A stretch of DNA of 64,000 bases from Mustelus asterias. Lineage: Eukaryota. The DNA lies in the NCBI RefSeq assembly GCF_964213995.1, contig NC_135823.1, forward strand, positions 1,054,001 to 1,118,000. The letters run 5' to 3'. The position numbers and the translations under genes were made by a program. A model generated the notes under the pieces. The model was given only the letters and a program-made list of their open reading frames with translations, did not search any database and was not told where the DNA came from. This document shows positions 11,800-24,819 of the stretch, one piece after another. Numbering within the stretch: the stretch's first letter is position 1; every line of letters starts with the position of its first letter.

Positions 11800-13325
11800 G
11801 ACATGAAAAATTGCCCCACAGTATCATTATTGCAATGGAGACGGATAGGGACTTACTGCAGGGCAAGGTTTATGATTGGGGGAGGGGTAATTATGACGCG
11901 ATTGGCAGGAATTAGGGAGAGTAAGATGGGAACAGAAACTGTCAGGGAAAGGCACAAATGAAAAGTGGAGCTTGTTCAAGGAACGAATACTGAGTGTCCT
12001 TCAAAGGTATGTCCCTGTCAGGCAGGGTGGAAATGACTGAATGAGGGAACCATGGTTCTCAAAAGAGGTTGAATGTCTTGTCAGGAGGAAAAAGGAAGCG
12101 TATGTCAGGATGAGGAAACGAGGTTCAGTTGGGTCGCTTGAGGGGTACAAGGTAGCAAGGAATGAGGTAAAAAAAAGGGCTCAGGAGAGCTAAGAGGGGG
12201 CATGAGAAGTCCTTGGCGGGTCGGATCAAGGAAAACCCCAAGGCTTTTTACTCTTGTGTGAGAAATAAAAGAATGACCAGGGTGAGGTTAGGGCCGGTCA
12301 AAGACAGTAGTGGGAGCTTGTGCATGGAGTCAGAAGAGATAGGAGAGGCGATGAATGAATACTTTTCTTCAGTATTCACCAAGGAGAGAGGCCATATTTG
12401 TGAGGATGAGTGTGAGATACAGGCTGATAGGCTGGAGGGGATACAGGCTGATAGGCTGGATGTTCTGAGGGAAGATGTATTAGCAATTTTGAAAAACCTG
12501 TGGGTCGATAAGTCCCCTGGGCCAGATGGGATATATCCTAGGTTTCTTTGGGAGGCAAGGGATGAGATTGAAGAGCCTTTGGCTTTGATGTTTGGGTCCT
12601 CACTGTCCACGGGGATAGTGCCAGAGGACTGGAGAGTGGCGAATGTTGTTCCTCTGTTCAAGAAAGGGAATAGGAATGACCCTGGTAATTATAGGCCGGT
12701 TAGTCTTACTTCGGTGGTCTTTAAGTTAATGGAAAACGTCCTAAGGGATAGGATTTATGACCATTTGGAAAGATGCAGCTCCATCCGTGATGGTCAGCAC
12801 GGATTCGTGAAGGGTAAGTCTAGCCTCACAAATTTGATTGAATTTTTTGAGGAGTTAACTAAGTGTTTAGATGAAGGTAGAGAAGTTGATGTCGTATACA
12901 TGGATTTTAGTAAGGCGTTTGATAAGTTTCCCCATGGTAGGCTCATGACGAAAGTAAGGAGGTATGGGATAGAGGGAACTTTGGCCGATTGGATAAGTCA
13001 CTGGCTATCTCAGAGAAGACAGAGGGTGGTGGTGCATGCAAAATATTCAGGCTCACACCAGTTATCAGCGGTGTACCACAGGGATCATTGCTGGGTCCTC
13101 TGTTATTTGTGAGTTGTATCAATGACTTGGTGGAGGTGGCTGAAGGGTGGGTCAGTAAATTTGCTGATGACACCAAGATTCGTGGACTAGTGAATGAGGT
13201 GTAGGGCTGTTGTCGGCTGCAAAGAGACATTGATAGGATGCAGAGCTGGGCCGAAAAATGGCAGATGGAGTTTAACACTGATAAGTGCGAGGTGATTCAA
13301 TTTGGTAGGACAAATTTGAATGCGA
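11800..13325 (+). mobile_element. CR1 LINE fragment
   Basis: ORF 12213-13112 with KENPKAFY, KSPGPDG, NYRPVSLTSV and YMDFSKAFDK. Confidence 0.88.
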
Positions 13326-13489
13326 ATTCAAAAATGCATATCTCACAGATATTGCAAATTGGCTCTGCAGAAATGTGTTAAGATGGATAAGTTAATCCTC
13401 CTGGAGGGTTCAGGACAGGATAAGTTAATCCTCCTAACCTCAATTCATTCATTCAGAAATTTACTTCAACAGTGGGCAGTATATGATTT

Positions 13490-14345
13490 AATATGGTCCG
13501 ATTTATTATTGGCATATCTATCGGGATACATTGAAAAGTATTGTTTCTTGTGCGCTACACAGACAAAACATACCGTTCATAAAGTTCATAGATTTGATTT
13601 ATCATTGTGACATCTAATGGGGCACAATGAAAAGTACTACGTCCTACGTACTATCCAGACAAAACATGCCGTTCAGAGAGTACATAGAATTGATATATTT
13701 TGACTCTTATTGCCACATATGATGGGACACAATGAAAGGTATTGTTTCTAATGCGCTATGTAGCAAAGCTTAGCGTTCACAGACTGTGTGCAGAATGTAG
13801 TGATACAGTCAGAGCTAGGGTGGAGAGAAAGATCAGCTTCAAATAAGATAGGTCCGTTCAAACATCTCATGGCAGCAGGGAAGAAGCTGTTCTTGAGTCG
13901 GTTGATGATCTCATACTTTTTTACTTTTTTCGATGGATAAAGATGGAAGAGAGTATGCCCATCTTCCGCGGTGTACTTGATTATGCTGGCTGCTTTTGCC
14001 GAGGCAACAGGAGGTGCAGGCAAACACAATAGATGTGGGGCTAATTTGTGTGATGGACTGGGCTTTGATCACAATACTTTGTATTTTCGTGCTGTTTTGC
14101 TCAGAGCAGGAGCCATACCAAGCTTTAAAACATCCGGAAAGGACGCTTTCAATGTGCATTTGCAAAACTTTTTGGGAGCCGTAGTGGACATGCCAAATTT
14201 GCTAAGCCTCCTGAGAAATTAGAAGAAAGTAGAAGAGTTAGTGGGCTTTCCGAACTCTAGTGTTGGCGTGGCGGGTCCAGGACAGGTTGTTGGTATTCTG
14301 AACACCTAGAAATTTGAAGCTTGCGACCATTTCCTCTTCACCAGC
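13490..14345 (-). mobile_element. Rex/Babar-like LINE 3' fragment with a reiterated tail
   Basis: Translated fragments FKFLGV..NNLSW, HIESVLSGC..WYG and RLKNSFFP; the tail unit (..AATACTTTTCA..GTATCCC..) is repeated about 3 times. Confidence 0.65.
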
Positions 14346-15859
14346 ATGTCCTCCCTGGCGCTTCCTGAATTTGATGACATTCAGCCATTGCTCACGGCAA
14401 ATTAATAAACCCTCAGGTCGGAAAGTTAACCACACTCTGAATAAATCTGAAAGTAAAGTGAAAATTGTTGAACGTTCACTGTCGTGGAACTGCTTTTGGG
14501 AACGAATTGGTTTTCAGATGGTCTTAAAAATAATGAGACAGTCAATTAGCTGTACAAAACGTTTCACTTCCGCGCTTGCCACAGTTCCATTTGTTCACAC
14601 GCTTATTTGAAGCAAGAAACTACAATTCGTATTTTTAAGTGATGGCGATAAATCGTAGGTGCATGGTGGCAGAGTGGGTTAGCACTGCTGCCTGAGGGCG
14701 CCAGGGGCTGACGTTTAATTCCCGCCTTGGGTGACTATCTATGCGGAGTCTGCATGCTCTCGTTTTCTCGACTTGGATTTCCTCTGGGTGCTTCGCTTTC
14801 CTCCCACAGTCTGAAAAACGTGCTCATTAGGTGCATTGGCCATGCTAAAGTTTCCTTCAGTGAACCCAAACAGGCACCGTCGTGTGGAGGATGGTTAGGA
14901 ATGAAAGCATCGAAGCAAGAGCGAGTTATTTTCCCATTATTGAATAGTGTCACAAGTAGGCTTACATCAATAGTGCAATGACATTTCTGTGAAAACCCCT
15001 CGTCTGTACGCTCTGGTGCCTGTTCTGGTACAATCGGCCAGTGTACCTATCCAGCACGTCTATCGGACGGTGGGAGGAAACTGGAGCACCTGGAGGAAAC
15101 CGTCGCGGACACGGGGAGACAGTGCAAACTCCACACAGCCAGTGAGCTGAGCCGGGAATCGAACCCAGGTTCCTGAAACTGTGAGGCAGAAGTGCTAACC
15201 ACAGCAATACAGTCAGCGTGGGGTGTGGCCGGGACGGCAATTGGAGGTTGTCATACTTTAAAATCCCCTCTGCTGCTTCCACTTATTTCAAGAAAATAGC
15301 AATCTTCCTGATTTGTTACCGTGCGTTCGTGTAGACATTACACAGTGCGATCCCAGTGAGCCGCTGGTGAAGGCATTATTCCCAACATTAATGAGCTACA
15401 TCAATCTGAATGTGAAGAGCCTGGTGGGAACCATGACTGACAAAATGGGTTCTGACATGAGCAGCGAGTGTTAAGCCTCACTGAGTGCCTGAACTATTTT
15501 GCAGAAATGCTTGAGTCAGTCGAGGCAGCTGGAGAGAGCGGGGCTCAGTAGCAAAGAGGTACATTGCCTGTGGCCGCAGCTGTTCGTTGTGAATTTCAGA
15601 ACACCCTTACTCACAGCCCATTCGGTGCTTTGCAAAACTCACTGAAGGGAGGAGATCGCTTGCCAAGATTGCGACCGCTTCACCACCTGATGCTTGAGAT
15701 GGAAAATGATGTTCAAGCAAAAGCTGTCAATGCATTTCCTGTTTTAATAGTTGTGGTGCTTTATGCACAGAACACCCTCCAGTGGTCAAACGCTGGGACT
15801 AAGTGTTCAAATGCAGATTAATGAGTGTGTCCAGCCTGGGGTGGATTATAAGAACATAA

Positions 15860-16810
15860 GGCATTTGGCAAGGTGCCGCACCAGAGACTGACAAGGTGCC
15901 GCACCAAAGACTGCTACATAAGATAAAAGTGCACGGTGTTACGGGTAATGTATTAGTATGGCTAGAGGATTGGTTGACGAACAGAAAGCAAAGAGTGCGG
16001 TAAATTGGTGTTTTTCTGGTTGGCGATCAGTGACTAGTGGTGATCCTCAGGGATCAGTGTTGGGACTGCAATTGTTTACGATTTACACAGATGATTTGGA
16101 GTTGGGGAACAAGTGTCGTGTGTCAAAATTCGCAGATGACATTAAGATGGGTGGAAGAGCAAAGTGTGCAGAGGACACTGAAAGTCTGCAAAGGGATATA
16201 GATAATCTAAGTGAGTGGGCGAGGGTCTGGCAGATGGAGTACAATGTTGGTAAATGTGAGGTCATCCATTTTGTTCGGAATAACAGCAAAATGAACGATT
16301 ATTTAAATGGTAAAAAATTGCAACATGCTGCTGTGCAGAGGTCCCTGGGTGTCCTTGTGCAGGGATCTCAAGGAGTTGGTTTGCAGGTGCAGCAGGTAAT
16401 TCAGAAGGCAAATGGAATTTTGTCCTTCATTACTAGAGAGGTGGAGTTTAAAAACAGCGAGGTCATGTTGCAGCTGTATAAGGTGCTGGTAAGGTCACAT
16501 TTGGAGTACTGTGTACAGTTTCGGTCTCCTTACTTGAGAAAGGATATACTGGCACTGGAGGGGGTGCAGAGGAGATTCGCGAGGTTGATTCCGGAGTTGA
16601 GAGTTTTGGCTTATCAGGAAAGACTGAGTAGACTGGGGCTATACTCATTGGAATTCAGAAGAATGAGGGGAGATCATATAGAAACATATAAGATTATGAA
16701 GGTAATAGATAAGATACAATTAGGGAACTTGTTTCCACTGGCGGGTGAAACTCGAACTAGGGGCATAGCCTCAAAATAAGGGGAAGCAGATTTTGGACTG
16801 AGTTGTGGTG
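15860..16810 (+). mobile_element. CR1 LINE RT fragment
   Basis: ORF 15958-16779 with PQGSVLG, FADD and HLEYCVQF. Confidence 0.88.
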
Positions 16811-18136
16811 GACACATGTTCGATTCCCGGTTTGGATCACTGTCTGCATTGAGATTGCACATTCTCCCCGAGTCTGCGTTGGTTTCCTCCGTGTGCTAAG
16901 GTTTCTTCCCAGAGTCCAAGAAACTGCAGGTTAGGTAGATTGACCATGCTAAAATTATCCCTTTGTACCAGGGGGCTAGCTCGGGTAAATGCATGTGGTT
17001 GTAGGGATGGGGCCTGGCTGAGATTCAGGTCGGTGCAGACTCGATGGGCGGAATGCCTCCTTTTGCTCTTTAGGATCCTATGATTCAGATAATCAGGACA
17101 GTAAGAAGTCTCACAACACCAGGTTAAAGTGCAACAGATGTATTTGGTAGCAAGGGCTGTCGCAGCGCTGCCCCTTCATCACGAAGCCCCTCCCCGCTCC
17201 CAGGAATCGCTCTGCGAGGGGGGCGGAGGGGGGGGGGTCACTGTTGACGGGACAGGAAGATCCCGCTGGCTGTAAAATTCTGATCACTGTACGTTCCGGA
17301 ACGCACCTCAAAACAGTCCAGAATCCAGGTCGACAGGGGGAAGGAACGCCCTATTCCACACGGGGATGGGAGGGATGGGGGTTCTGGATCGCTCCCCACC
17401 CTCCGCACTCTATACCACCTCAGCGAGCACGGTGGATAACTGTGGCCAATTGGAAGCGCCGACTGTAAATTAAACACTGGCTTTATTGACATAGAAACAG
17501 ATGATAAATGGGTAAAACAGCTCAGTCCAGTGAGGGACATTCTCCCACACGGACCCTCAGACGCAAGGTCACTTGGGGTAAAGGTAAAACCTCATGGAGT
17601 GTGGGAGGAAACTGGAGAACCTGGACGAAACCCACGCAGACGCGGGGAGAAAGTGCAAACTCCACACAGACAGTGACCCAAGCCCGGAATTGAACTCAGG
17701 TCACCGGCGCTGTGCGGCAGCAGTACAAACCACTTTGCCACCGTGCCTCCCTGTTGATGTATTCGCTGTGAATTATTTTGTTTCGCGACTCATTTTGTTG
17801 AAGTTGCTTGCGCAATGCACTGGGAAAATACTAAACCAACTGCAGGGGCAAATATCTGTAACACCTATAAGTTGTCGTTTGTACAAGAGACTTCAGTTCA
17901 AATTTGTACTAACTGTGCACAAATGCGCCCTGCATCGTACAAAAAGGAAATTCCGACACTGGAATCAGCGCAAACAGTTTCTCAGAAGGATAGCAGGGCG
18001 GAGCTGTCATTAATACAAGGAAAGGAAAAACAGACAGGGTCTCTTTTTATTCAAGAACACACGGCTGAGATGTAACAGAATAGATGTCCTAAAAATTGGA
18101 TCAGCAGCACCTACTCAGTGACAATTTTCAGTTTAT

Positions 18137-18510
18137 GGGGAGGCAATGGCCTCGTGGTATTATCGCTAGACTATTAATCCAGAAACACAGTTCGTGCTCT
18201 GAGGAAACGATTAGAATCCTGCCACGGGAGCTGATTTAAATTTGAGTTCAATATAAAAATCTGGAACTAAGGATCCACTGATGAGCATGAAACCATTTTT
18301 CACTTTTGGGAAAGAACGGATCTGGTTCACTCATGTCTTTTCGGGACGGAAATCTGCCATCCTTACCCGGTCTGGCCGACATGAGAATTTACAGCCACAG
18401 CAATGTGGCGCTAAAGTCTCAATGAATCTGAAATGCCCTCCACGTACAACCAGTGATGGGCAATAAATGTTGGCCAGTCAGCAGGCCCATGTCCCACGAA
18501 TGATTAAAAA
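18137..18510 (+). mobile_element. Second tRNA-derived SINE family (SacSINE1-like); other copies at ~11095-11345 (-), 31160-31503 (+), 53940-54178 (-), 59505-59660 (-)
   Basis: Head GGGAGGCAATGGCCTCGTGGTATTATCGCTAGACTATTAATCCAG and a shared core TCTGGTTCACT..GAAATCTGCC..CCTTACC.GGTCTGGCC in several copies. Confidence 0.65.
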
Positions 18511-18802
18511 CGTAGATATTTAAACTTTAAAATCGTTTATCCCGAACATTCAGCCTGCATGTATCCAACAGTACACTCTGAACGACAATGGAGAAAAGTG
18601 AATTATTCTGCTGTACCAGTTGGGTGCTGTGGCGCACAAACGGTGAGGATTGTCAAACGAATATTGTGTTCACCCCAACACTGCCCGACAATGTTGACAT
18701 ACTCTTCAGAGCAGAGTTCGTCACAGTTTCCATTGAATCTGTAAAGGCCCAACTGAATGGGACGCAGACAACGTTCGTGTGTCCACTGTGTCTGTGGAGG
18801 CT

Positions 18803-19051
18803 ATGATGTGGAGATGACGGCGTTGGACTGGGGTGAACACAGTAAGAGTTTTAACAACACCAGGTTAAAGTCCAACAGGTTGTTTTGGTAGCAAATACCA
18901 TAAGCTTTCGGAGCGCTTCTCCTTCGTCAGATGGAGTAGAAATGTGCACATTTCCACTCCGTCTGACGAAGGAGCAGCCCTCCGAAAGCTTATGGCATTT
19001 GCGACCAAATAAACCTGTTGGACTTTAACATGGTGTTGTTAAAACTCTAAC
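18803..19051. mobile_element. Fold-back (palindromic) Penelope terminal-repeat insertion with two opposed hammerhead motifs
   Basis: Arms ~18841-18946 and 18947-19052 are near reverse complements centred on GTGCAC; TSD TCTGTGGAGGCT at 18791-18802 / 19052-19063. Confidence 0.85.
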
Positions 19052-19100
19052 TCTGTGGAGGCTTGCCAGTGAGACACAATATGAGGAAATTTCTATCAAG

Positions 19101-19155
19101 ATGGCCGAAGAATCTCTATCTCTGATACTCATTTTCCAAATACTGAGGTTTCACT
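19101..19155 (+). pseudogene. Gene 2 leader exon
   Basis: ATG...MAEESLSLILIFQILRFH + 1 nt, then consensus donor T|GTGAGT; phase 1, in frame with the V exon 566 nt downstream. Confidence 0.75.
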
Positions 19156-19349
19156 GTGAGTCAGAGACGGGTGGGAATTTTAAGCGGAATCAATTTTATA
19201 AACCAGAATGAGCGCTTTCGAAGCTGAAAGCGTGAGCCAGTGTTCAGGTGAAGGAATTTGAACTGGTCATGTCAGCTCATTTATTGGTTTCACCCATAAA
19301 GCGAAAAAAATAAGTACAGCAAGCAATGATGACAAAGAAGAATGAGATT

Positions 19350-19645
19350 GTGCAGTGGAGAGCACTGCTGCCTCACAGCGCTAGAGAACTGGGTTCGATA
19401 TCTGGTTTGGGTCAGTATCTGTGTGGAGTCTGCATATACTCTCCCCGTTTCCGTGGGTTTCCTCCGGTCGCTCCGGATTGCTCCCACAGTCCAAAAGACG
19501 TGCTAGTTGGTGCATTGGCGTGCAGAAAATTCTCCGTCAGTGTATCCGAACAAGCGCCGGAGTGTGGAGACAAGGGGAGTTTTGCCGTAACTTCATTGCA
19601 GTGTTAATGTAAACCTACTTTTGACATTAATACAATGAACTTTAA
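19350..19645 (+). mobile_element. HE1/V-SINE-like SINE with an alternative (L2-like) tail; similar copies at 27250-27527, 59760-60070 and 14930-15215 (-)
   Basis: Same tRNA head and core as 53082, but the tail reads ..GTAACTTCATTGCAGTGTTAATGTAA.CCTACTT.TGACA..AATA. Confidence 0.7.
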
Positions 19646-19721
19646 GTTGAGGCGATTTGATTCTTAGAGTCGGCTTCAGGCATTTCAATAATCAGTGCTT
19701 ATGTCGCAATAATCTCTCTAG

Positions 19722-20039
19722 TTACAGATTCCGAGTCCTCTCTGTCTCAGATCTTCTTCACAATGACAGCTGCAATGGGCCAAACGGTGGAATTATCCTG
19801 TGATCATACTCATGAAGTGGATTTGGTGTCCAACTGTGCCTGGTACAAACAACGTATGGGTGAAGCCCCGATACTAAGAAGCCCTACAACCTGTATTGGG
19901 GCCAACTGTATGTTTATTTCTGAAAAAGCCAATCCGGGGAATTTGTTGATTCTGAAAATTCGCAATGTCCAGACGAATGACTCTGGTTCCTACAACTGTA
20001 TATAACTGTCCCGGAATGGAACCACACTCCTGGTTGGAG
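19722..20039 (+). pseudogene. Gene 2 germline-joined VJ exon (stop after the second Cys, shortened CDR3)
   Basis: ctag|..LSQIFFTMTAAMGQTVELSCDH..NCAWYKQRMGEAP..LILKIRNVQTNDSGSYNCI*LSRNGTTLLVG; phase-1 donor G|GTAAGA; TAA at 20003-20005. Confidence 0.9.
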
Positions 20040-20129
20040 GTAAGAGAGCAACTGAAATTCATTCAGATTATGCAAAGCATTATCTTTTGGAGTAAACTAA
20101 TCGTTAACTGTGTCCCAATCTCTCTCCAG

Positions 20130-20459
20130 ATACTTCCACCAACAAGACGGCTATCCAGGTATTTGCCCCGCTGGGTGAGCTGGATTTGAATGATAATGTG
20201 CCCTTAGTGTGTTTGGTTAATGGAGTTTATTTCAAACGGATTGCTATTTTCTGGAATATTGCTGGCCTGGTCACTGAGGGATCAAGTGATCCCGGGACAA
20301 TGGAGGAGGACGGAACCTACAACACCAGAAGTCATGTCATGGTACCGGGGCAAGTCTGGAGAAGTGACGGTGTTAGTACTTGCATTGTTCAACTGGGGAC
20401 TCCAGGCAAATATTGGACGAAGAGTGTGTCCTTCCTCAAAGCAGCAGCAAGTGGGACAG
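20130..20459 (+). pseudogene. Gene 2 C1-set exon (reading frame and both cysteines intact)
   Basis: ctccag|DTSTNKTAIQVFAPLGELDLNDNVPLVCLVNGVYFKRIAIFWNIAG...EEDGTYNTRSHVMVPGQVWRSDGVSTCIVQLGTPGKYWTKSVSF...GT; donor G|GTGGGT; V-C intron only 90 nt. Confidence 0.92.
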
Positions 20460-20529
20460 GTGGGTTGTTAATCTCCGAAATGATTATTTGAATTCAACTC
20501 ATAATCAGTTGGCGTAATGTTCCAAATAT

Positions 20530-21335
20530 TAGAACATAGAACATAGAAAAACTACAGCACAAACAGGCCCTTCGGCCCACAAGTTGTGCCGAATACATCC
20601 CTTCCTTCTAGACCTACCTATAACACTCCATTCTATTACGCTCCATGTACTCATCCAGGAGTCACTTAAAAGACCCTATTGAGTTCGCCTCCACCACCAC
20701 TGACGGCAGCCGATTCCACTCGCCCACCACCCTCTGTGTGAAAAACTTAACCCTAACATCTCCCCTGTACCTACCCCTCAGCACCTTAAACCTGTGTCCT
20801 CTCGTAGCAGACATTTCCACTCTGGGAGAAAGCCTCTGAGAGTCCACCCGATCTATGCCTCTCAACATCTTATACACCTCTATTAGGTCTCCTCTCATCT
20901 TGCGTCTCTCCAAGGAGAAAAGACCGAGCTCCCTCAGTTTATCCTCATAAGGCATGCCACTCAATCCAGGCAACATCCTTGTAAATCTCCTCTGCACCCT
21001 TTCAATCTTTTTCACATCCTCCCTATAGTGAGGCGAGCAGAACTGAGCACAGTACTCCAAGTGGGGTCTGACGAGGGTCTTATATAGCTGCATCATTATC
21101 CCCGGACTCCTAAACTGAATCCCTCGATTGATAAAGGCCAGCACACCATACGCCTTCTTAACCACCTCCTCCAAATGGGGGCCGATTTCAGAGTCCTATG
21201 GACCCGGACCCCAAGGTCCTTCTGATCCTTTTCAGTACTAAGAGTCTTTCCCTTTATATTGTACTCCTTCATCCCATTTGACCTACCGAAATGGACCACG
21301 ACGCATTTATCTGGGTTGAAGTCCATCTGCCACTT
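20530..21335 (-). mobile_element. CR1 LINE 3' fragment
   Basis: ORFs 20662-21174 and 21096-21326 are nearly identical to the CR1 copies at 3252 and 7837. Confidence 0.9.
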
Positions 21336-21924
21336 GACAACAATCCCACCCAGGCTCTATCCCCGTAATCTCACACAGTTACACAACGAATGCCCCTGAC
21401 GGTAAGCACAAATGAGTATGGCCCATCCACCTAACCTAGACATCTTTGGACACGAAGGGACAATTCAGAACCTGCATATGTTTGGGCACTAACGGGGAAT
21501 TTAGCATGACCAATCCACCTTAACGCAAATCTTTGGACAGTAAGAGCCAATTCAGCATGGTGAATCCACCTAACCTCCACTCTTTGGACCATGGGAGGAA
21601 GCTGGGGCACTCAGAAGAAATCCACGCAAATATCAAGAGGGCGTGCAAACTCCACACGGAGAGTCACCCAAGCCTGTAATTGAACCCAGGTCTCTGGCGC
21701 GTTGTGGAAGCACTGCAAAGCAATGCCAAAATGGAAGAAATTAAACGTTTGATACGTCTACCTCGCGCAATCAAAATGTTCTTCAATTAATCCACTATCT
21801 GTTGGCCCCCCAAAAAATGCATAATTCTTGGTTGTCAATTCTGACAGTGGAATATTAGGTGGACAATCGACGCCAGGTTTGGTAGATATTCCTTGCCCCT
21901 CCATTGGTGAATTGGGATCGATTA

Positions 21925-24610
21925 GAGTTATAGAGGCATAGAGGTAATCGAATCATTGAAGTTTACAGCATGGAAACAGGCCTTCGGCCCAACTTGTCCA
22001 TGCCGCCCGTTTATTTAAACCCCTAAGCTCATCCCAATTGCCCGCATTTGGCCCATATCCCTCTATACCCATCGTACCCATGTAACGATGGAAATGCTTT
22101 TTAAAAGACAAAATTGTACCCGCCTCTACTACTCCTTCTGGTAGCTTGTTCCAAATATTCACCACCCTCTGTGTGACAAACAAATTCCCTCTGGACACTT
22201 TTGTATCTCTCCCCTCTCACCTTAAACCAATGCCCTCTAATTTTAGACTCCCCTCCCTTTGGGAAAAGATATTGACTATCTAGCTGATCTGTCCCCCTCA
22301 TCATTTTATAGATCTCTGTAAGATCGCCCCTCAGCCTTCCAATGCCTCAGAGAAAAAAGGCCCAGTTTATCCAGCCTCTCATAACTCAATCCGTCAAGTA
22401 CCGGTAGCATCCTAGTAAATATTTTCTGTACTCTTTCGAGTGTAATAATACCCTTTCTATAATAGGGTGACCAGAATGGCACACATTATTCCAAGTGTGG
22501 CCTTCCCAATGTCATGTACAACTTCAAAAAGACATTCCAACTCCTGTATTCAATGTTCTGACCGAAGAATGCCGAATGCCTTCTTCACCACTTTGTCCAC
22601 ATGTGACTCCACTTTCAAGGAGCTGTGAACACGTACCCCTCGATCTCTTTGTTCAGTAACTCTCCCCAACGCCCTACCATTAACTGAGTAAGTTCTGCCC
22701 TGGTTCAATCTACCAAAATGCAGCACCTCACATTTGTCTAAATTAAACTCCATCTGCCATTCCTCAGCCCACTGGCCACATTGACCAAGATCCTGTTGCA
22801 TTTGGAGATAACTTTCTTCACTGTCCATTATGCCACCAATCTAAGTGTCATCTGCAAAGTTACTAACCATGCCTCCTATACTCTCATCCAAATCATGAAT
22901 ATAAATGACAAATAACAGTGGACCCAGCACTGATCCCTGAGGCACACCGCTGGTCACCGGCCTCCAGTTTGAAAAAGCAACTCTCTGCAATCACCCTCTG
23001 GCTTCTGTCAAGGAGCCAATTTTGTAACCATTTCGATAACTCACCCTGGACACCCTGAGATTTAACCTTATGCAACAACCTACGAAATGCTACCTGGCCA
23101 AAGGCCTTACTAAAATCCATGGAGTCAACATCAATTGCAGTGCCCTCATGTACCTTCTTGGTTCCCTCTTCAAAAAACTCAATCAAATTTGTGAGACGTG
23201 ATTTTCCACTCACAACACCATGCTGACTGTCGCTAATCAGTCCTTGCGTCTCTAACTGACTGTAGATCCTGTCTTTCAAAATACCTTCCAACAGTTTACC
23301 CACCACAGATGTGAGGCTCACTGGCCTGTAGTTCCCAGGCTTTTCCCTTCAGCCCTTTTTAAACAAAGGCACAACATTTGCCACTCTCCAATCTTCAGGC
23401 ACTTCACCCGTGACTACCGATGATTCAAATATCTTGGCTAGGGAGCACGCAATTTCCTCCCTCGCCTGGCACAATGTCCTGGGATGCACTTCATCAGGTC
23501 CCGGGGCTTTATCTTCCTTGCAGAGCTTTAAGACTTCCAGCACCTCCTTCTCTGGAGTGTAACATGTACACTCCTCAACATCACTATTTATTTCTCCAAT
23601 TTCCCTTGCATATATGCTTTTCGCAACAGTAAATACTGATCAGAAATATTCATTTTGGATCTCACCAATCTCTTGTGGATCCGCACACAGATGACCTTGT
23701 TGATCCTTAAGAGGCCTACTCTCTCCCTTGTTACTCGTTTGTCCAGTATGCATTTGTCGAAGCTCTTTGGATTCTCCTTTGCCTTATCTGCCAAAACAAT
23801 CTCGTGTCCCCCTTTTTGCCCTCCTGATTTCTCTCTTAACTCTACTCCTGCACCCCCTATACTTACAGGGGATTCACGTGACCCCAGCTGCATTTGCATG
23901 TCATCTGCCTCTTTCTTCTTCTTGACCAGGGCCTCACATAGCCCGAATCATGCTGGGTTCCCTCCAGCTGCCAGCCTTGCCCTTCGTTTGAAAAGGAATG
24001 TGTTTACCCTGATCTGTAGTTAACACACGTTTGAAAGCGTGCCACTTACCAGACGCCCCATTCCCTTCCCAGAGTCTCCCCCAATTAACCTTTGAAAGTT
24101 CCTGACTGATACCATCAAAATTGGCCTGGCCCCAACATAGAATTTTTACTTTTGGGCCAGACCTATGATTCTCCATAGCGATCTTAAAACCAATAGAATT
24201 ATGGCCAATGGTCCCAAATTGATCCGTCATGAACACTTCTGTCACGTGCCCTTCCTTATTTCCCTCGAGGAGGTCAAGTTTTGCCCCGTCTCTAGTCGGG
24301 AATTCACATACTGAATGAGAAATTTCTCCTGAATCCACTCAACAAATTTCTCTCCATCCAACACTCTAATACAATGGCTGGCTCAGTCAATGTTGGGGAA
24401 GTTAAAATCTCCGAACTATTACCACCCTATTTTTCTTGGAGGTATCTGCAATCTCCTTACATATTTGCTTCTCAATTTCCCGCCGACTATTTGGGGGCCT
24501 ATAGTACAACTCTATCAAAGTGACTTCTCCCTTCTTATTTCTCAGTTCTACCCACATAGATTCAGTGGTTGAACCCTCGTATATATCCTCTCTCAGTACG
24601 GCCGTCATGC
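21925..24610 (-). mobile_element. Older CR1 LINE (endonuclease remnant to 3' tail)
   Basis: TESMWVELRNKKG, KENPKSF, KAPGPDE and MDFSKAF motifs, heavily disrupted. Confidence 0.85.
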
Positions 24611-24819
24611 TTTGACAGTTGAAATGTCGTTTGACAGTTAATGGATTGAAGGACCGTTTATATATCAGAAAAACGTGGTATATGTTGGAGCATTTTTTGG
24701 ATTGACACCCAGTGCGACAGTTTGAGGTATTGGGCCCATTAATGCAACAGGGCATCATTGGTGCACTGTGTCTCAAATTATTCATAGTTTAGCCGGAACA
24801 GGATTAGATTTAATTTCTG

